Assembly: GCA_030704615.1 (NCBI GenBank)
Contig: CM060732.1
Span: forward strand, 69,254,001 to 69,318,000
Source: Takakia lepidozioides
Lineage: Eukaryota; Plantae; Bryophyta
Direction of reading: 5' to 3'
Length of the DNA stretch: 64,000 bases
The position numbers and the translations under genes were made by a program. The notes under the pieces are model-generated. The model was given only the letters and a program-made list of their open reading frames with translations. It was not told the DNA's origin and ran no database searches. Below, piece after piece: positions 63,730 to 64,000 of this stretch. Position 1 is the first letter of the stretch. Each line of letters opens with the position of its first letter.

Positions 63730-64000
63730 CTAACATAGGCCAGCGTCCTCACCATCATAAATGCAGACCATTTGGACCGCGTTGACGGTCAGCATACCGA
63801 TGGCAATATTGTTGTCATCTGGATAGAAATGTGGAATACTCCCATAGGTCTCGCAACCGTGGATCACAAGCAAAGCTTAAGGCCTTTGCCGAAGGCTCAA
63901 GCTCACAATGTACCTGCAAGTTGTTGAATCAAGGTCTTGATCGAGTAGCCGGGAGCGCCACCGGAATTTTGGTAGAAGACACGAAAGTTTTATCCTTTAA
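63730..64000 (-). pseudogene. second KP4-like gene, 3' part (tail-to-tail with first; runs off window)
   Basis: YQNSGGAPGYSIKTLIQQLA[49-bp insert]xHGCETYGSIPHFYPDDNNIAIGMLTVNAVQMVC...LC*. Confidence 0.85.

Overview
Eukaryotic, transposon-saturated plant DNA, most likely a moss. That assignment is an inference from spliceosomal introns, an LRR receptor-like gene, chromovirus LTR elements and KP4-like genes. From left to right: (1) two copies of one Ty3/gypsy chromovirus on the minus strand (partial 1-4091; full-length 7844-15087 with TSD GCTTA), plus two small hAT-type MITEs. (2) An LRR receptor-like protein gene split by a 13.3-kb hAT element (17512-30860, TSD CCCCAAGG) that carries its transposase, a non-RD protein kinase and an unknown ORF. 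(3) A Mutator-type segment with a SWIM-family MULE transposase fragment next to a RING + TET/JBP-like 2OG-Fe(II) oxygenase gene. (4) A large rearranged Mutator-like element (9-bp TSD ATTGTCTTC, one end inverted) with two paralogous zinc-finger genes. (5) Nested inside it, an 11.6-kb element (43953-55530) with hairpin termini and no ordinary TSD. It encodes a MULE-like DDE/SWIM transposase and a 9-exon ParB + N6A/N4C-type DNA methyltransferase-like fusion. (6) A CACTA end and a small cluster of KP4 killer-toxin-like genes. The main theme is DNA transposons carrying putative DNA-modifying or signalling cargo. Almost all reading frames have 1-bp indels or stops, which may be real decay or uncorrected long-read errors. 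All domain calls come from motif reading by eye, not database searches.
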